Below are positions 47,708 to 61,099 of a DNA stretch of 64,000 nucleotides, in pieces. The position numbers were made by a program, and so were the translations under genes. Location of the stretch: the NCBI GenBank assembly GCA_010356995.1, contig ML996690.1, positions 1,396,217-1,460,216 of the forward strand. Direction: 5' to 3'. The DNA comes from Trichodelitschia bisporula (Eukaryota). The stretch's first letter is position 1, and every line of letters begins with the position of its first letter. The notes beneath the pieces were generated by a model. The model searched no databases. It worked only from the letters and a program-made list of their open reading frames with translations, and was not told the DNA's origin.

Positions 47708-48314
47708 CTTAGACGACCACTTTCGAGCTACGAATTCGAGGAATTTGTCGATTTGTCGCAAGTGAGACGAGACGCGCGGAAGATGTGTAAAAAGGAGTAC
47801 GGATGTACAAGCGCAATTGAGTTGAATGGAAAATGGAGGCGGGAGACGGGAGAAGGGAACGCTGGAAGCTTTCAACAATGAGCAACAACAAGGCGGGGCA
47901 CAGCGGGGTTAGTGAGTCAACGCCGCAGATTTGGACCCAGACGGTCGGGTGAAAAAAAGGTACGACGGAAAGTCGATGCTCCACCTTCCACCACAGTAAC
48001 CGCATGGAAGGGTAGCAATTTCTCTGCGTGGCCCTTCTCGGTCTGATGGTGCGCGGCTCCACCCGCTGATATCAAGAGTCAAAAAAATTGGGCGGTATCT
48101 TCAATTCCTTGCGTGAACTCTCTATTCCAGTTCTCGCCCTCGATATCTGCCCCATCTACTACCCGGTAGAAGTCGAGATTCCTTTCCGAGACTATCACTG
48201 ATTTGACTAGTTCCTGTTCCAACAGATCGGATCCTCGATTTATACCCGTAAAAGTACGCAGCAAAGCGCAATTGATACCACCGCCTTCTCGCCGTCACAG
48301 TCTCCACCAACAAG

Positions 48315-49928
48315 ATGGGTGCACAAGAACCCCATGAGCTCTTCGACACCATCCTGGTGCTCGACTTCGGCTCGCAGTACTCCCACTTGATTACACGGCG
48401 CCTCCGCGAACTCAATGTCTACTCCGAGATGCTGCCCTGTACGCAAAAGCTCGCCGATCTCTCATGGAAGCCGAAGGGCATCATCCTCTCCGGTGGCCCA
48501 TATTCAGTCTACGAAACCGACGCGCCGCACGCCGACCCCGCTGTCTTCGAGGCAGGCGTCCCCATCCTCGGGATATGCTACGGCCTGCAGGAGATGGCAT
48601 GGCACTACGACACATCCAACGTGCTGGCGGGCGAGAAGCGCGAGTACGGCGCGGCAACCATTCGGGTCGACAAGCACGACAAACGGGTTGACCGGCTCTT
48701 CAACGGGATTGATGAGTTCGTCGTCTGGATGTCGCACGGCGACAAGCTGGGCCACTTGCCGGCCGAGTTCGTGGTCATAGCTGAGACGAACAATGCGCCG
48801 TTTGCGGGTATCGCGCATCAGGAGCGCGACTTTTACGGCATCCAGTTCCACCCCGAGGTCACGCATACGCCGCGCGGGACTAAGATCCTGCAAAACTTCG
48901 CTGTTGATATCTGCCATGCGAGCCAGAACTGGTCCATGTCGCAGTTTGTGGATAAGGAGATTGAGCGCATCCGCACGCTGGTGGGCGACAAGGGGCAGGT
49001 TATAGGCGCTGTCAGTGGGGGCGTCGATTCCACCGTTGCTGCGAAGCTCATGAAGGAGGCCATTGGCGACCGCTTCCACGCCGTGCTCGTCGACAACGGA
49101 CTGCTGCGGCTCAACGAGGCCGTCGAGGTCAAGAAGACGCTGACCGAAGGCCTGGGCATTAATCTTACCGTCATCGACGCGAGCGACCTATTCCTCAGTC
49201 GGCTCAAGGGCGTGACAGACGACCCGGAAAAGAAGCGCAAAATCATCGGCAACACCTTCATTGACGTCTTCCTCGACAAAGCCAAGCAAATCGAAGCAGA
49301 AGCGCGCAACACGCCGCGCGCCGGCAACATCGAGTGGCTGCTCCAGGGCACGCTGTACCCGGACGTCATCGAGAGCATCAGCTTCAAGGGCCCCAGCTCC
49401 ACCATCAAAACGCACCACAACGTCGGCGGCCTCCCCGCTAAAATGGACCTCAAGCTCATCGAGCCCCTGCGCGAACTCTTCAAGGACGAGGTCCGCGAGC
49501 TCGGCACCCAACTCGGCATCCCCGAGGACCTGGTCTGGCGCCACCCGTTCCCCGGGCCGGGCATCGGGATCCGCATCCTGGGCGAGGTGACGCCGGAACA
49601 AGTGCGCATTGCGCGCGAGGCGGACCATATTTTCATTTCGGAGATCAAGGCCGCGGGCTTGTACCGCCATATCAGCCAGGCGTTTGCCGCGCTGCTACCG
49701 GTTAAGGCGGTGGGCGTCATGGGGGACAAGCGCGTGCACGATCAGGTTGTGGCGCTGCGCGCGGTGGTGACGACGGACTTCATGACGGCCCGGATGTTCA
49801 ATTTCTGGGAGCATGATATGGATTTCGTTGAGCGGGTGAGCACGCGCATTGTGAATGAGGTTCAGGGTGTGTGTCGCGTGTTTTATGATACGACGAGCAA
49901 GCCGCCGGGGACGATTGAGATGGAGTAG
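48315..49928 (+). CDS. GUA1: GMP synthase (glutamine-hydrolysing)
   Basis: [54 protein letters not shown]; intronless 537 aa. Confidence 0.98.
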   Translation: MGAQEPHELFDTILVLDFGSQYSHLITRRLRELNVYSEMLPCTQKLADLSWKPKGIILSGGPYSVYETDAPHADPAVFEAGVPILGICYGLQEMAWHYDTSNVLAGEKREYGAATIRVDKHDKRVDRLFNGIDEFVVWMSHGDKLGHLPAEFVVIAETNNAPFAGIAHQERDFYGIQFHPEVTHTPRGTKILQNFAVDICHASQNWSMSQFVDKEIERIRTLVGDKGQVIGAVSGGVDSTVAAKLMKEAIGDRFHAVLVDNGLLRLNEAVEVKKTLTEGLGINLTVIDASDLFLSRLKGVTDDPEKKRKIIGNTFIDVFLDKAKQIEAEARNTPRAGNIEWLLQGTLYPDVIESISFKGPSSTIKTHHNVGGLPAKMDLKLIEPLRELFKDEVRELGTQLGIPEDLVWRHPFPGPGIGIRILGEVTPEQVRIAREADHIFISEIKAAGLYRHISQAFAALLPVKAVGVMGDKRVHDQVVALRAVVTTDFMTARMFNFWEHDMDFVERVSTRIVNEVQGVCRVFYDTTSKPPGTIEME

Positions 49929-50440
49929 TGGTGGCTACTGTGCAGTGTCAAAAGTAGAGTTCGATGCAACTAGAGTTTAGATGCACTGGCCGACCTACCT
50001 CGCATATGTTGGTTCGGAGTCTGGGGAGGATGGCTATGCGAAGTGTCGAGGAGCCTTTAGAAGGAATATACGGTGTAATGTCAGTCCTTGGGCATATCGC
50101 ACAAGTAGGTATAGAAAGAGGGCCCTTCAGCAAAAGAGCAATCCCTCCGCCTCGTAATGTGATGACAGAGACGTCGAGTTCATGGACACGGCTGATAGTC
50201 CGTGACCGGGCCTCGACTCCAACCTACCACCCTCCGAACGAAGCATGATCCATCCGAGGCCAGCACCTATCCACTGAATTCGCACAACTTCACAGCAGCA
50301 CCAGATGAAACCCACGACTCATAGCCTATTCCTATTCTACATAATCTAAGCACCCTACCCATCCCATTTTGGACCGTCAGATCGCAGCCAGCACCTATAT
50401 CCCTAACACCTTACAAAACGCTCAATCCGCGCAATACACA

Positions 50441-52737
50441 TCAGCTGCTCCCGAACTCCAGCACGCGCACTTCGCAATCCTCCCCCCCGCTAATCAGCCG
50501 CTCACCGTCAAGAGCGATGCACGTAACCGGCCCCGCGTGTCCCGTAAACGTGCGCTCGCACTTGCCCGTCTGCGGATCCCACACTTTGACCATGCGATCC
50601 TCAGCTCCACTGACCACCCGCAGTGTGTCCGCAGCCAGCGCCCATATGCCCTCAAGGTGCCCGAAGAAAGTCCGCAGACAGCGTCCCGATGGCACGTGCC
50701 ACAGCCGGATCGTGCTGTCTAGCGCGCCCGTCAACATGTACTGCGGCGGATTGGGACGAGACGCATCGCAAGGGAAAAGGGAGGTGTTGGCCAGAGGTGG
50801 GGTGGCGTCTCGGGCGGAGGCCGGAGAGTGCGGATCTTCATAGGTGTCGAGTTCGAGGTCGTGATCCGTGTCGGTGTCGCCATCAGGGATATCCTTTTCA
50901 TCGAACTGGAATTCGACTGGCAGAGGGAGGACTTGCTGTACCTGTCCGACATGGCCTTCGTACACCATCAACGTCTTGCGCGTGTCGAGATCCCACAGCC
51001 GCACAGTGCAGTCGTCCGAGGCCGAGAAAACGGTGCGGGAGGCGGCGTCGACTTTGACTGAGTTCACAAAGTCGGTGTGGCCTTGCAGGCTGAAAGTGAT
51101 CTTGTCCGTCGTGTTCCACACCCGCACGGCGTTGTCCATGGAACCAGCGCACAGGTACTTAGACTCATAATTCAGACCGATGACGCCAGCACGCGCTTCA
51201 AATGTGCGCAGGCACTCGCCAGTCTTCCAGTTCCACATCTTGATCGTGCAGTCGAGCGACCCACTGACCAGCTTAATGTCGTCGAACTTGAGGCAGCGAA
51301 CGCCGGCCGTGTGGCCTTTTAGCGTCCGCAGCTCCGTGCCAGCGTCGATGTCCCAAATTTTGATTGTAGAGTCGTAGGATCCGGTAGCCAGCGTGTTGCC
51401 GATGAACTGGAGGCACATGACGCCGTTTGTGTGGCCTTGAAGGATTTTGATCGAGCAGCGGCCGTACTTCCAATTGGTACCGATTTTGAAACGAGCCTTG
51501 TAGACGTCCTTCCACGGCCGACGGGTCGGCTTCGTCTCTTTCTTGTCAGCGCGCCTATCGTAGGAGCACAGCCGCTTGGTTTCATAGAGCGACTCTTCAG
51601 CGGGACGCTTGACGCCACGGGAATCGGGGGATGCAGTCACAGCTCGGGAGGTCGCACCATTGACACCGTTTGTGTGACCGTTGCTGGGACCATTTACTCC
51701 GTTGACTCCGTCTTTGGTGCGGCTGTTACCAAAGAGCTCACTGACTCCGCTGACACCATTGCCGTTGGTACCATTGATGCAATGATCGTGAAGGCTGTGG
51801 ATGCCGATGTCAATGACCGCAATGGTGGATTCCGTGACGTCCTTAGCTGGCTCTTCCCTTTCGGGTTCCTCAACGTCAATCGCCTCGTCGTCCGGCACAC
51901 GGCCTGTGGCACGTAGCTGAATCTGCCGCTTTTCCATACGCAGACGCCGCTGCTCCAGCAGCGGGAGGCCCCAACCGCACTTGGTACAGCGCTTGTCGAT
52001 GTGCTGCTCGCACATGCGATGCCACACCACGTCATCGTCAGCGAGCGTTCGCCAGCGGCGGCTGACCTGGGCAGCTTTGCAGAGCGATGTAGTATCGAGG
52101 TACGTGAGGATCTTGAAACCGAGCTCTGGCGGGAGGAGCGAGAGGAAGTCGATCTTTATGAGGTCCCGGACGGAGGCGGAGATAAATGAGAGCTGCGGGA
52201 AACAACACACGGCGAGGATACCACGAAGCATGAGAGTACGCTGCTTGGCGGGGGATGCGGAGAAGGCTGACCATACTCGGGAGATGGTCTCTTGATCATT
52301 TTGGGAAAGAGTTGCGAGTTCCTAACCTGTTAGTGTGGGAGACATACTTTGACGATGCCAAGGCATACCATCTGTAGCTGCTCCATCGACGGTTCGTCCG
52401 CTTGACGGCGACATTTCAGATCGGGACGGTGTCGGTTGCAGTACTTGGTATTGGACTCGGCCACGGGCTGGTTGTCGTTCATGCTGCCATTCATTGGGTT
52501 ATACGTCTCTGGTATGTGACGCGCAAGGAACGGCGTCACAGTGTCGCTCGAGATAGAGACGGCAATGTTATCGCCTGCGCCCTCGTCCCCCAGGCGTACT
52601 CGGTATTGTTCATCGGTAACGGTGGAAGACATGGCCTTCGAAGACTGTCGGCGCAGTGCAAAGGAGGAACGACGAGTTTTGTGAGGCTCTGTAGGCACAT
52701 CGGCGGTGAACGGCATGGCTTGCTTGTTTGACGCCAT
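50441..52737 (-). CDS. sconB: F-box/WD40 sulfur metabolite repression controller SconB/Met30 (intron 52322-52368)
   Basis: [26 protein letters not shown]-box [56 protein letters not shown]40 repeats. Confidence 0.93.
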
Positions 52738-52821
52738 CGCAGCGTCGACGCGGTGACGCAGAGCCGGGACCAGGAGGTGCGCTCATGAAAAAGCCGCCTG
52801 GTGATGAGCTCGCCGAGGGGG

Positions 52822-53105
52822 ATTGCGTGATAGCGCACAGGTAAGGGACTGTTTGAAGACTGGGGTTGGTCGATTGAAGATGGTTGGTAAGGCGAAAGGG
52901 GGGGATGGGATATGAGGGAGTTTTAAGAGTCAGAGAGAGACAGGACGAATTGCGAAATGGGTGTTGGATGCAACAAGCTCGGTTGGGAGTTGAGGACGAT
53001 GGCGCAAGATGCGATGAGGACATATCAATCACGTTTCGTCCCATAGGATCTCTTAGCCCACACGAGCTCCAGTCCTGCAGGCGGGCGAAAAGGCGATGGC
53101 GCGAT
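52822..53105. promoter_or_regulatory. Candidate CYS-3/MetR bZIP sites upstream of sconB
   Basis: ATGGCGCGAT (53096), ATGGCGCAAG (52999) and ATTGCGTGAT (52822) resemble the ATGRYRYCAT consensus. Confidence 0.4.
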
Positions 53106-53716
53106 TCCGCCCCGCCCCCCCGCAATCCTGCGTGCCCCTACTGTACCTATCTTTTTGCCCCTCGGGCTGGCTAAAAAAGTCCCAGCCGATTTGTCCAGGG
53201 CTTTTTGCGTATGAGGGTGGCTACGACATATTCAGATGGCCATTGGCCCTCCTTAACCGCCACGGGTGTATATGGCAGGTGTCGTGGGTATAGCAGTTGT
53301 CAGTAGAAGTTTTTTTGAGGTGTGTGTGCAATGATGCCCGAAGGTTTAGTAAGGACCTGTCGATGGCAGCCTCTCGGTTTGAGGGGTTTGACCTGTCCAT
53401 GTATTAGTTCCTCACTTCGAGTATCCTGTCGAGAAGAGGCCAGAAAGTGGAGCCTACACGGAGCCGAGAGCCTTTCCAGAAAACCATTGACATGCCAGTA
53501 AATTGCCCTCGCCATTCTGGTTCTCCGCTTACTGTCATATTCGGCCTTTCACAATATGGAAGGAATGAAATTCGTTAAAGCTAATGAGCTCGCTACGAAG
53601 GCAAACCGCGAAGTCAGCTGACTGCGTGTCATATCAAAGCTTGACAGCTCCGTCCCACTGCACTCCCTCGCGTGTTTCGTGTCTTTCAGCCATCCAACTC
53701 CCTCCATACGGCTGCA

Positions 53717-56335
53717 ATGTCGAACACTTCCAAAAATGCCGGTAGCAGCCAGCCGTCCAACAAGCGAAAGGAAGGGCCGGCCCAGAACCCCCGCTCACAA
53801 AAGCGCATCAAGGCCATGGAAATGCGGAATATCGCGGCGCAAACTACGGACAAGGCCTTCAGCAACGGCGAGCTCAACATTGACAAGTTTGTTAAGGCCC
53901 GCGAGTTTGAGATCAGAGCGCTAGAGGATGGCCTGCGGAATTCGAGACACGGTCTATCGCAAAGAGCCTTTCAAGAGGTGCCGAAAGATCTACGGAGGCG
54001 CACGGCTAGCCATAATGTCAAACGGGTGCCGAAGCGGCTGCGGAAGCGAGCAAAGAGAGAGGTAAGGCACTTTCGATACTCCTTGTGTGGTGCTGACCAG
54101 TCCTAGATGATAGAAGACAACACGCCTACTGTCACCGCTCGCCGCCGTACACCCTCTGGCCAACAGCGTCTCCGCAATGAGACGGCCAAGAAGCTTCAAA
54201 AGATAAGCTCAAGACTCAAATTGAAGCAACAGAAGGCCAAAGAAGCCAAAGCTGCCCAAGCGAAAGATGATTCTAAGACCACTGATACGTCTGCAACGAA
54301 GGCGACACGCGAGAATCTGATGGAGGTAGACGACCCCGCAACAGAACACGGTCCGACCAGCGTTTCTGCGCGTAAAGCTCGAGTCAAGACAAGCACACTG
54401 AAATCGCCCGATCAGCCACCTGCTAAGTTCCGCAAGCGGCAACTCCATAAGGTATGGCTGCCGACACATATATTCCATGCAAAGCGTGCGCATATGCCGC
54501 CCCCTGCTCAGCCGCTTTGGAAGTTTGCTATTCCGATGACCCCAACTGCAAAGTGCTACCGCCCCACACATCGTGCCGCCAATGAACGCGGTGTCCTGGC
54601 TTGGGACACCAGCTACATGTCGACGATCGGTCTCGAGGGGCCCGAAAAGAGCATCCAAACCGTGCTTAGGGCCATGGGTGTTGGCTGTAACATCGATCCT
54701 AATGGCTTATGGAGTTGGAATGGTAGAAAGTGGCGGCAGGGAACTCGTATCTGTGAGGTATGGCTTCACGAGCGGGAAGCCTGTCCCAACGGCGCCATTG
54801 CCCCGGCTACCATCATCTGGAACCCGATAGAGCCGACCGAGGAGCCGATTTCTACAACCTCCGTGTCAGACGTGACGATGGAAGACGCCGGAATCTCCAG
54901 GCCCAAGAAGCCTCCTAAGCGCAAAGTCATAATCCGTACCCATCCTGCCGCTTTTATGCAAGTTTGGGAGCTAGTTATCCGTCTCGCCAAAGTCGCCAAA
55001 CCAACCGTCACGGTTGAGGACCTGCGCTTCGAGATTGGGAGTATCGAAGTAGCGGGCCCGAACGCTTTGGAAGCTATGGCAGGCGTGCTGCACCCTGTCC
55101 CCAATGCATCAGGCGACTCCGCGGTCGAGGATTTCTTTCCCAGGCTGGCCGTGTTATCCCCTATCAGTACCCTCCCACCAAACGCCCTCATGTCGTTCTC
55201 CATTTCCGACCCGCGTCTCCGGCATCCTCCTCGCACAGTACCCAACCTCACTCCCGACGCCATTTCCTCCCTCCTACCACTCCTCGCCACCTGGCCTCCC
55301 GATGTCCGTCCCCATCCCAATGCCCTTTTTGACCGCCGTACACGCCAAAAGGCCACCCGGCTGCCGTCCCAGAAGGCACTCAACCGGCGCCGCGCAGCCT
55401 CTCTTCCAGGCGTCTTTCCCGCACCTATACCGACAGATCCCCCTATCCCCTTGACTCTTTTCGTCTCGAGGAAACCCTACCCACGTATCACCATCCTGCT
55501 GCCCTGGAAGTGCGTTTCTCCCGTCTGGACACCCCTCATGTTCTATCCCCTCTCTACAGGTGGTACACCGCGCTTCGCAGGTCTGAAGCAGCAGCAACAA
55601 CTTACCTTCGAAGCCAACCAGCCGTGGTTCCCAGGCGACTTCCCCACCACGCCAGCGGGGAGGGCATGGGAGGAGGTCCAGCGCGCCGAAGCCAAAGCCA
55701 AAGCCGGGTGTCAGTGGAAGCAAACGAGCGACTTGTATAAATACGATTGGGGCGCCATAACTGGCAGCTCAGGTGTCCCCACAGACGCACCCAACGCGCA
55801 GTCCAAAGACGCCGAAGGCGACATTCACATGACCGACTCGCCTACACGTCCGCAGCTAACGACAGTGTCCCTCAGCATGCTAGCCAAAGGCACGCCCGGC
55901 CCCTTTGCGCGCATCTACCGCCTGCCCACCGCCGACTCCGCCCTTCGCACCGAATGGCTCGCACAAATCCCGACGCCAGGCCGCACGGCGAATCAGACGC
56001 GGCGCCCGCTCACGCTACCCCTATCTGTGCCACGGAGGGAGCGGAATGCGTATCTCGCGGCTGCGCTGTTGCAGGAAGAGGAAGAGCCGAAGCGTGTGCC
56101 CAAATTGCCGGGTGCTGAGGATTTGGTGGGGTATGTTACGACTGGCGAGCAGCATCTGGGCGTTGGCGGTGGGAGGGGAATAGGTAGTGTTGTTTTGGAG
56201 AAGTTAGAGGCGATTGAGAGCGGGGTTGCTAAGGGAGGGAAGCGGGGTGAGAGGAAGGTGGATTTGGGGAAGCTGTGCATTGTCTGTGCTGTTGGTGGAG
56301 TGGGTAGGCTGGCGAAGTGGGAGGTTGTTTCATGA
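53717..56335 (+). CDS. POP1: RNase P/MRP subunit Pop1 (intron 54062-54106)
   Basis: FVKAREFEIRAL, RAFQEVPKDLRRRTASHNVKRVP, WLPTHIFHAKRAHM, WDTSYM, POPLD WFPGDFP. Confidence 0.94.
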
Positions 56336-56520
56336 GCTGGTATGGATGGAGGTTGTGCAGTATGCATCGAGCGTGTACACTACATCTCATAAGCGACAAG
56401 ATGAATACCGACCCATAGCTTATGTGGACGGGTCGCGGAGCCTTGCGCCATTGAAGGACACGAGCCCTGCCTAGGGCATATTCTATGTACCCGGACGATG
56501 CAAGCATGGTATATAAAATG

Positions 56521-57596
56521 CTATGCAGAAGCAAAGACACCCAACGCCTTTTCGACTCCAATGGCAGCTCGACCAACGCCCCCTCCCTCGCGTTTGACCC
56601 GTTCTAAGCCAGCACGTGCTGCTCGCAACAGCCCCTGATCGCTAAAAACATCCCTCCTCTCATCGACAGTGCTGCACTCACGGCTCTCGTCGTCATGCGC
56701 CGCCCCAAAGATATTCAAGTAGGCAAAGGGATTCGAGGCATGACCTCGGAGGCCATGCGCCGCCGCATCGCACAGGGGGAAGTCTAGCGCCAGGCGGAGC
56801 GCCGCAGCGCGGGCGGCATCAGGCGCGGCCACTGGTTCACGCAAGCCGCACTCCAGCAGCGCCGTCAGCACCTGCAACTGGCGCGCGAGGAGCTTGAGAT
56901 CGGCGTCGTTCTTCCCTGCCGTTGCGGCGGTTGCTTTCCACGCCTGCGGCGCCGCGACCGACGCATCCTCCCACGCCAACAGTCCGAAGAAGCACCGCAG
57001 CGTCTTGAGCCACCCGCCCGGACAGGAAACGACGGCGCTGCCCGCGGTGTTGAGCAGCCATTCTAGTATGTCGAGACTGGAGAGGCGGATGGCGGCACTG
57101 AGATGTGTCATGCCCGCTCGGACGTGCAGGAGGAAAGGTTCTGCATGGGGGGTGATGTCGGCTGGTGGGAGAGCGGAGAGGAATTTAAGGAGCTGGGACC
57201 GGACGGCGGCGGAGGGGTCGCGGATTAAGGGTTGGATTTTGGGGAGGATGAGGGAGACGGGGACGGGTGGGACATGGCCATGCAAGGCGGCGGTAAGGTA
57301 GGCAAGGGATTCGCGGCGCTGGGAGTCGGATTTGTGGGAGAGGAGGTTGAGATGGTGCTGGAATTGGGAGACGATGGATGGGGCCGAGGAGGAGAGAGAC
57401 TGGTGGAGGATAGCGACGGCTACATATAAGAGGTTAGCAGGTGGCACGATTGGGGAGGCTTGAACAGAGACGAACAGCGGGCCTTGAAGCTTGTGTCGGT
57501 GAAGTTGGCGGGCTTGGGTTTGACCTTTCCGACTTTTAGTTTGGTCTTTTGGAAGTCTTTTTGCTTCTCCTTCTTTGCTTTGGCGCTCTTGGCCAT
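56521..57596 (-). CDS. IPI1: Rix1-complex pre-60S factor Ipi1 (intron 57420-57475)
   Basis: KKEKQKDFQKTKLKVGKVKPKPANFTDTSFKAR|SVAILHQSL, HVRAGMTHLS, GGWLKTL. Confidence 0.92.
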
Positions 57597-57943
57597 GGAT
57601 TGAGACGTGGGGTGGTTGTTGATTAGCGTTGCTGTGGAGAGGCAACGGAAGAGATGATCGAGACAATTTCTTTGGTGTTGAGATTCCCTCCGCGCGGGCG
57701 CGTGGGGGTTGGTGGAGGCCGTTGGAGGAGGGGTCAACGTCGCGTTGCAGGCTGCAGGGGAGTGGGACAAGATCAAATCTTTGGCCTAGAAAACCCTCCG
57801 CCCCTGATAACGTACAGTAGATCCCTTGCTCCACCTACCAACCACTCCAACGTACCCGCCGTCCGCGGTACTTTGATCTGTCATAGGACATTCCTACACT
57901 TTTGCCTTTCCCTCTTAAGACTCATCCCCTTCTACACCAGCTC

Positions 57944-58824
57944 ATGAGTACAGCCGTTGCCCGCTCAGTAACAACCAGTTTGCACACCAGCACCAGCTCA
58001 ATTCGCTCTGCGCTTCATTTTGCTCCGCACTGCAAGCTCCTAGTTCCCACGCTCACTACAACGTTCATGGTAACCATGGTTTCGGACGCCTCCCTCCAGA
58101 AGGCCTCACCCCAGAAGGCCTCTCCCCAGAAGGTCTCTCCCCCGAAGGCCTCCCCCCAGACGGCCTCCCCCCAGAAGACAAGTAGCGGGCCGCAACCTAT
58201 CGTCATATCCGGACCAAGTGGGACGGGGAAAAGCACCATACTCAAGCGATTGTTCGAGAAGTACCCCGAGAAGTTCATGTTCAGCGTTAGTCGTACGTGG
58301 CGCTCTCGTTCCTTAGACGTTGGAATGGCTTGTCATAAGCTTGCTAACCACAACACGCAGATACGACGCGCGCACCACGTCCCGGAGAAAAAGACGGCAC
58401 CCACTACACCTTCATAACACAGCCGCACTTTGAGGAGCTTATTCGCAACAATGCCTTCATCGAACATGCACGGTTCGGCAAAAATCTCTACGGGACTTCG
58501 TTCGCAGCCGTGTCGCGTGTGACGGAAGCTGGAAAGACGTGCATTCTGGACATTGAGATGGAGGGTGTCAAGCAGGTGCAGCGGTCGGACCTTCGCGCTC
58601 GAGTCTTGTTCCTTCAACCGCCGAATTTTGAGGAGCTTGAGCGTCGGCTTCGTGGACGCGGTACAGATGCGGAAGAGGATGTGCGCAGGAGGTTGGACCA
58701 GGCGCGCTTAGAGATGGTATTCGCGACCAGTGAGGTTGCCGCGGGGCGAGGGAAGGGCGTGGTGAACGACGATCTGGAGAAGGCGTATCGCGAGGTGGAG
58801 GAGTTCTGCTTGGCTGACGACTGA
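57944..58824 (+). CDS. GUK1: Guanylate kinase (intron 58293-58360; alternative in-frame ATGs at 58067 and 58076)
   Basis: [66 protein letters not shown]. Confidence 0.94.
58088..58177 (+). repeat. 15-bp coding tandem repeat x6 (GCCTCCCCCCAGAAG; ASPQK)
   Basis: Units at 58088, 58103, 58118, 58133, 58148 and 58163. Confidence 0.92.
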
Positions 58825-59236
58825 AGGGTCGGCTGCGCAGCGGTTGAGCGTGTTTCTGAGCGGCATTGTGCACGGTACGGTGAATTGGACCATTGGTTAA
58901 CTAAAGCATCACTAGATTCCCATTCTGCGAAGGTGTAGCATCTCAAGAAATCTATTTTGACAGCTGGAGCTACTTCTGCTGCTTACAGGCATAACTACGA
59001 ACATAGACATACGGATTAGAACTAATTAGTAGTAAAACGTTCTGTTGTTGAAGTTGATGGCCGCCGCTGGCGCCAAGTTTGAGTGGCACTTCTCTCCCTC
59101 CCCCCACCAAAGATGACTCCGCTCCCTTGCTCCGCATCCCCCCCCCACGCGCTGAACCGCCCGCAACATTTCGCCGCTCTTTTGCTATCGACACTTCTTC
59201 GTACCCTTTCACGAACATCCCCTCTCATCTTTCACC

Positions 59237-60594
59237 ATGGCGACCGACACAGCTCTATCAGCACAAGAGCGCCTTGCTCTGATCAACAAAAACCTTGCTG
59301 AGGTTCTCAACCCAGAAATCATTGAGGATGTGATTGTCAAGCAAAACCGCCCGCTCAGCGTCTACTGGGGTTCGAATTCCCCCAGAGACTAAAAGGCGCA
59401 AATGGTCCAGCAAACTAACACTCGACCGCAGGGACGGCGACGACCGGGCGGCCGCATTGCGGGTACTTTGTACCTGTGATGAAGATCGGCGAATTGCTGC
59501 GCGCCGGCTGTAGGGTCAAGATCCTCCTCGCCGATATCCACGCCTTCCTCGACGCCATGAAGGCGCCCATGGAGCTCGTCAAGTTCCGGGCACAGTACTA
59601 CCGCTTCTGTATAACAGCTCTCCTGCAGGCCGTGAACGTACCCATCGATCGGCTCGAGTTCGTGCTCGGCTCCTCCTACCAGCTGTCGCCGGAGTACACC
59701 ATGGACCTGTTCAAGATCACCAGCGTAGTCTCGGAGCATGACTCCAAAAAGGCAGGCTCTGAGGTGGTCAAGCAGGAGAAGGACGCAAAGCTGTCAGGCT
59801 TGATCTACCCCCTGATGCAAGCCCTTGACGAGGAACACCTGGGTGTCGATGCGCAATTCGGTGGCGTGGATCAGCGGAAGATTTTTGCGCTGGCCATGGA
59901 TGCACTCCCCAGACTTGGATACAAGGTTCGCGCGCATCTCATGAACCCTATGGTGCCGGGCCTTCAGGGCGGCAAGATGAGCGCCAGCGATCCCGACAGC
60001 AAGATCGACCTTCTTGATCCCCCCGACGTCATCCAGAAGAAGCTGCGCAAGGCTTTTGCTCAGCCGAAGGTTGTTGAGGGTAACGGACTGCTCAGCTTCA
60101 TCGAATACGTGCTCCTGCCTGCGGGCTCTCTTAAGCACGGCGAACCCCTTTTCGAAGTCCCTCGGCACGATGCCGAAACCCTTGTTTACACAGATATCAA
60201 GAAGATTCACTCGGACTACGAGAATGACATTGTGCGCCCTCCATCCGGACTAGTTAGACACCTTGGGCTAATTTATCCGCCAGTTGACGCCTCAGCTCTT
60301 GAAGCCTGCCATCTCGTCTGCACTGATTGAACTCATGAAGCCGGTAGGTCGAGATCTCATGACTTCATCCGATGCTCACAAGAGCAGATTCAAGAGGCGT
60401 ATAACAGTTCTCCTGAGTGGCAAGCGAACCAACGCCAGGCCTACCCGCCCCCAGAAGAGAAGAAGAAGAAGGTTAAGAAGGACAAGGGTAACCGCTACCC
60501 GGGGGGCGCAAAGCCAGAGGTTCCTGCACCAAATGCCGAAGCAATTGAAGACCTCGAGAAGTTGAAGCTGGAGTCGAAGCCTGCTGATGCATGA
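59237..60594 (+). CDS. TYS1: Cytoplasmic tyrosyl-tRNA synthetase (three introns: about 59370-59430, 60232-60283, 60344-60387)
   Basis: YWG|TATTGRPHCGY, ADIHAFLD, YPLMQALDEEHL, QFGGVDQRKIF, GKMSAS. Confidence 0.96.
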
Positions 60595-61099
60595 ATGGGG
60601 CTAAGGGGGGCTTGAAACTAAAAGCGTGGCGTTGGAGTAGTACGGCGCTGTTGAATGGGTGTTTTCTTTAAGAGAAAGGCCTGCCACGGCCAATGTGCTC
60701 CTCAGATTAGATAGCCCAATTCATAGAAAATGACAGCTTCGTCGGTCGCGGCGGCGGAGGTGTTTGTGGTTTACGATCGGGAAGTCTTTTCGGAAGTATG
60801 TCGCACTTCGCTATGGTAACCGTTCGACTAATGATGGAAGTAAGTTGGAGATTGAAGTTCGGATAGGCCAACAGACAGCAGAACAACATACCCATATACG
60901 TACTTTGTACTTCAGATGCCAGCCTTGCCATGGCTCAACACGTGATTGATGGCCCAAGGCTCATGGCGAGAAAGTTTATGTAAGCGACCCATGCACTCAT
61001 CGATCCTTCACGCCAACAAACGTCGAAAAATCGGGCACGAGGAATCGCCACAAAAACCACAACACCTCTGCAAGCAATATCGAAAACCTCAAAATAGCC

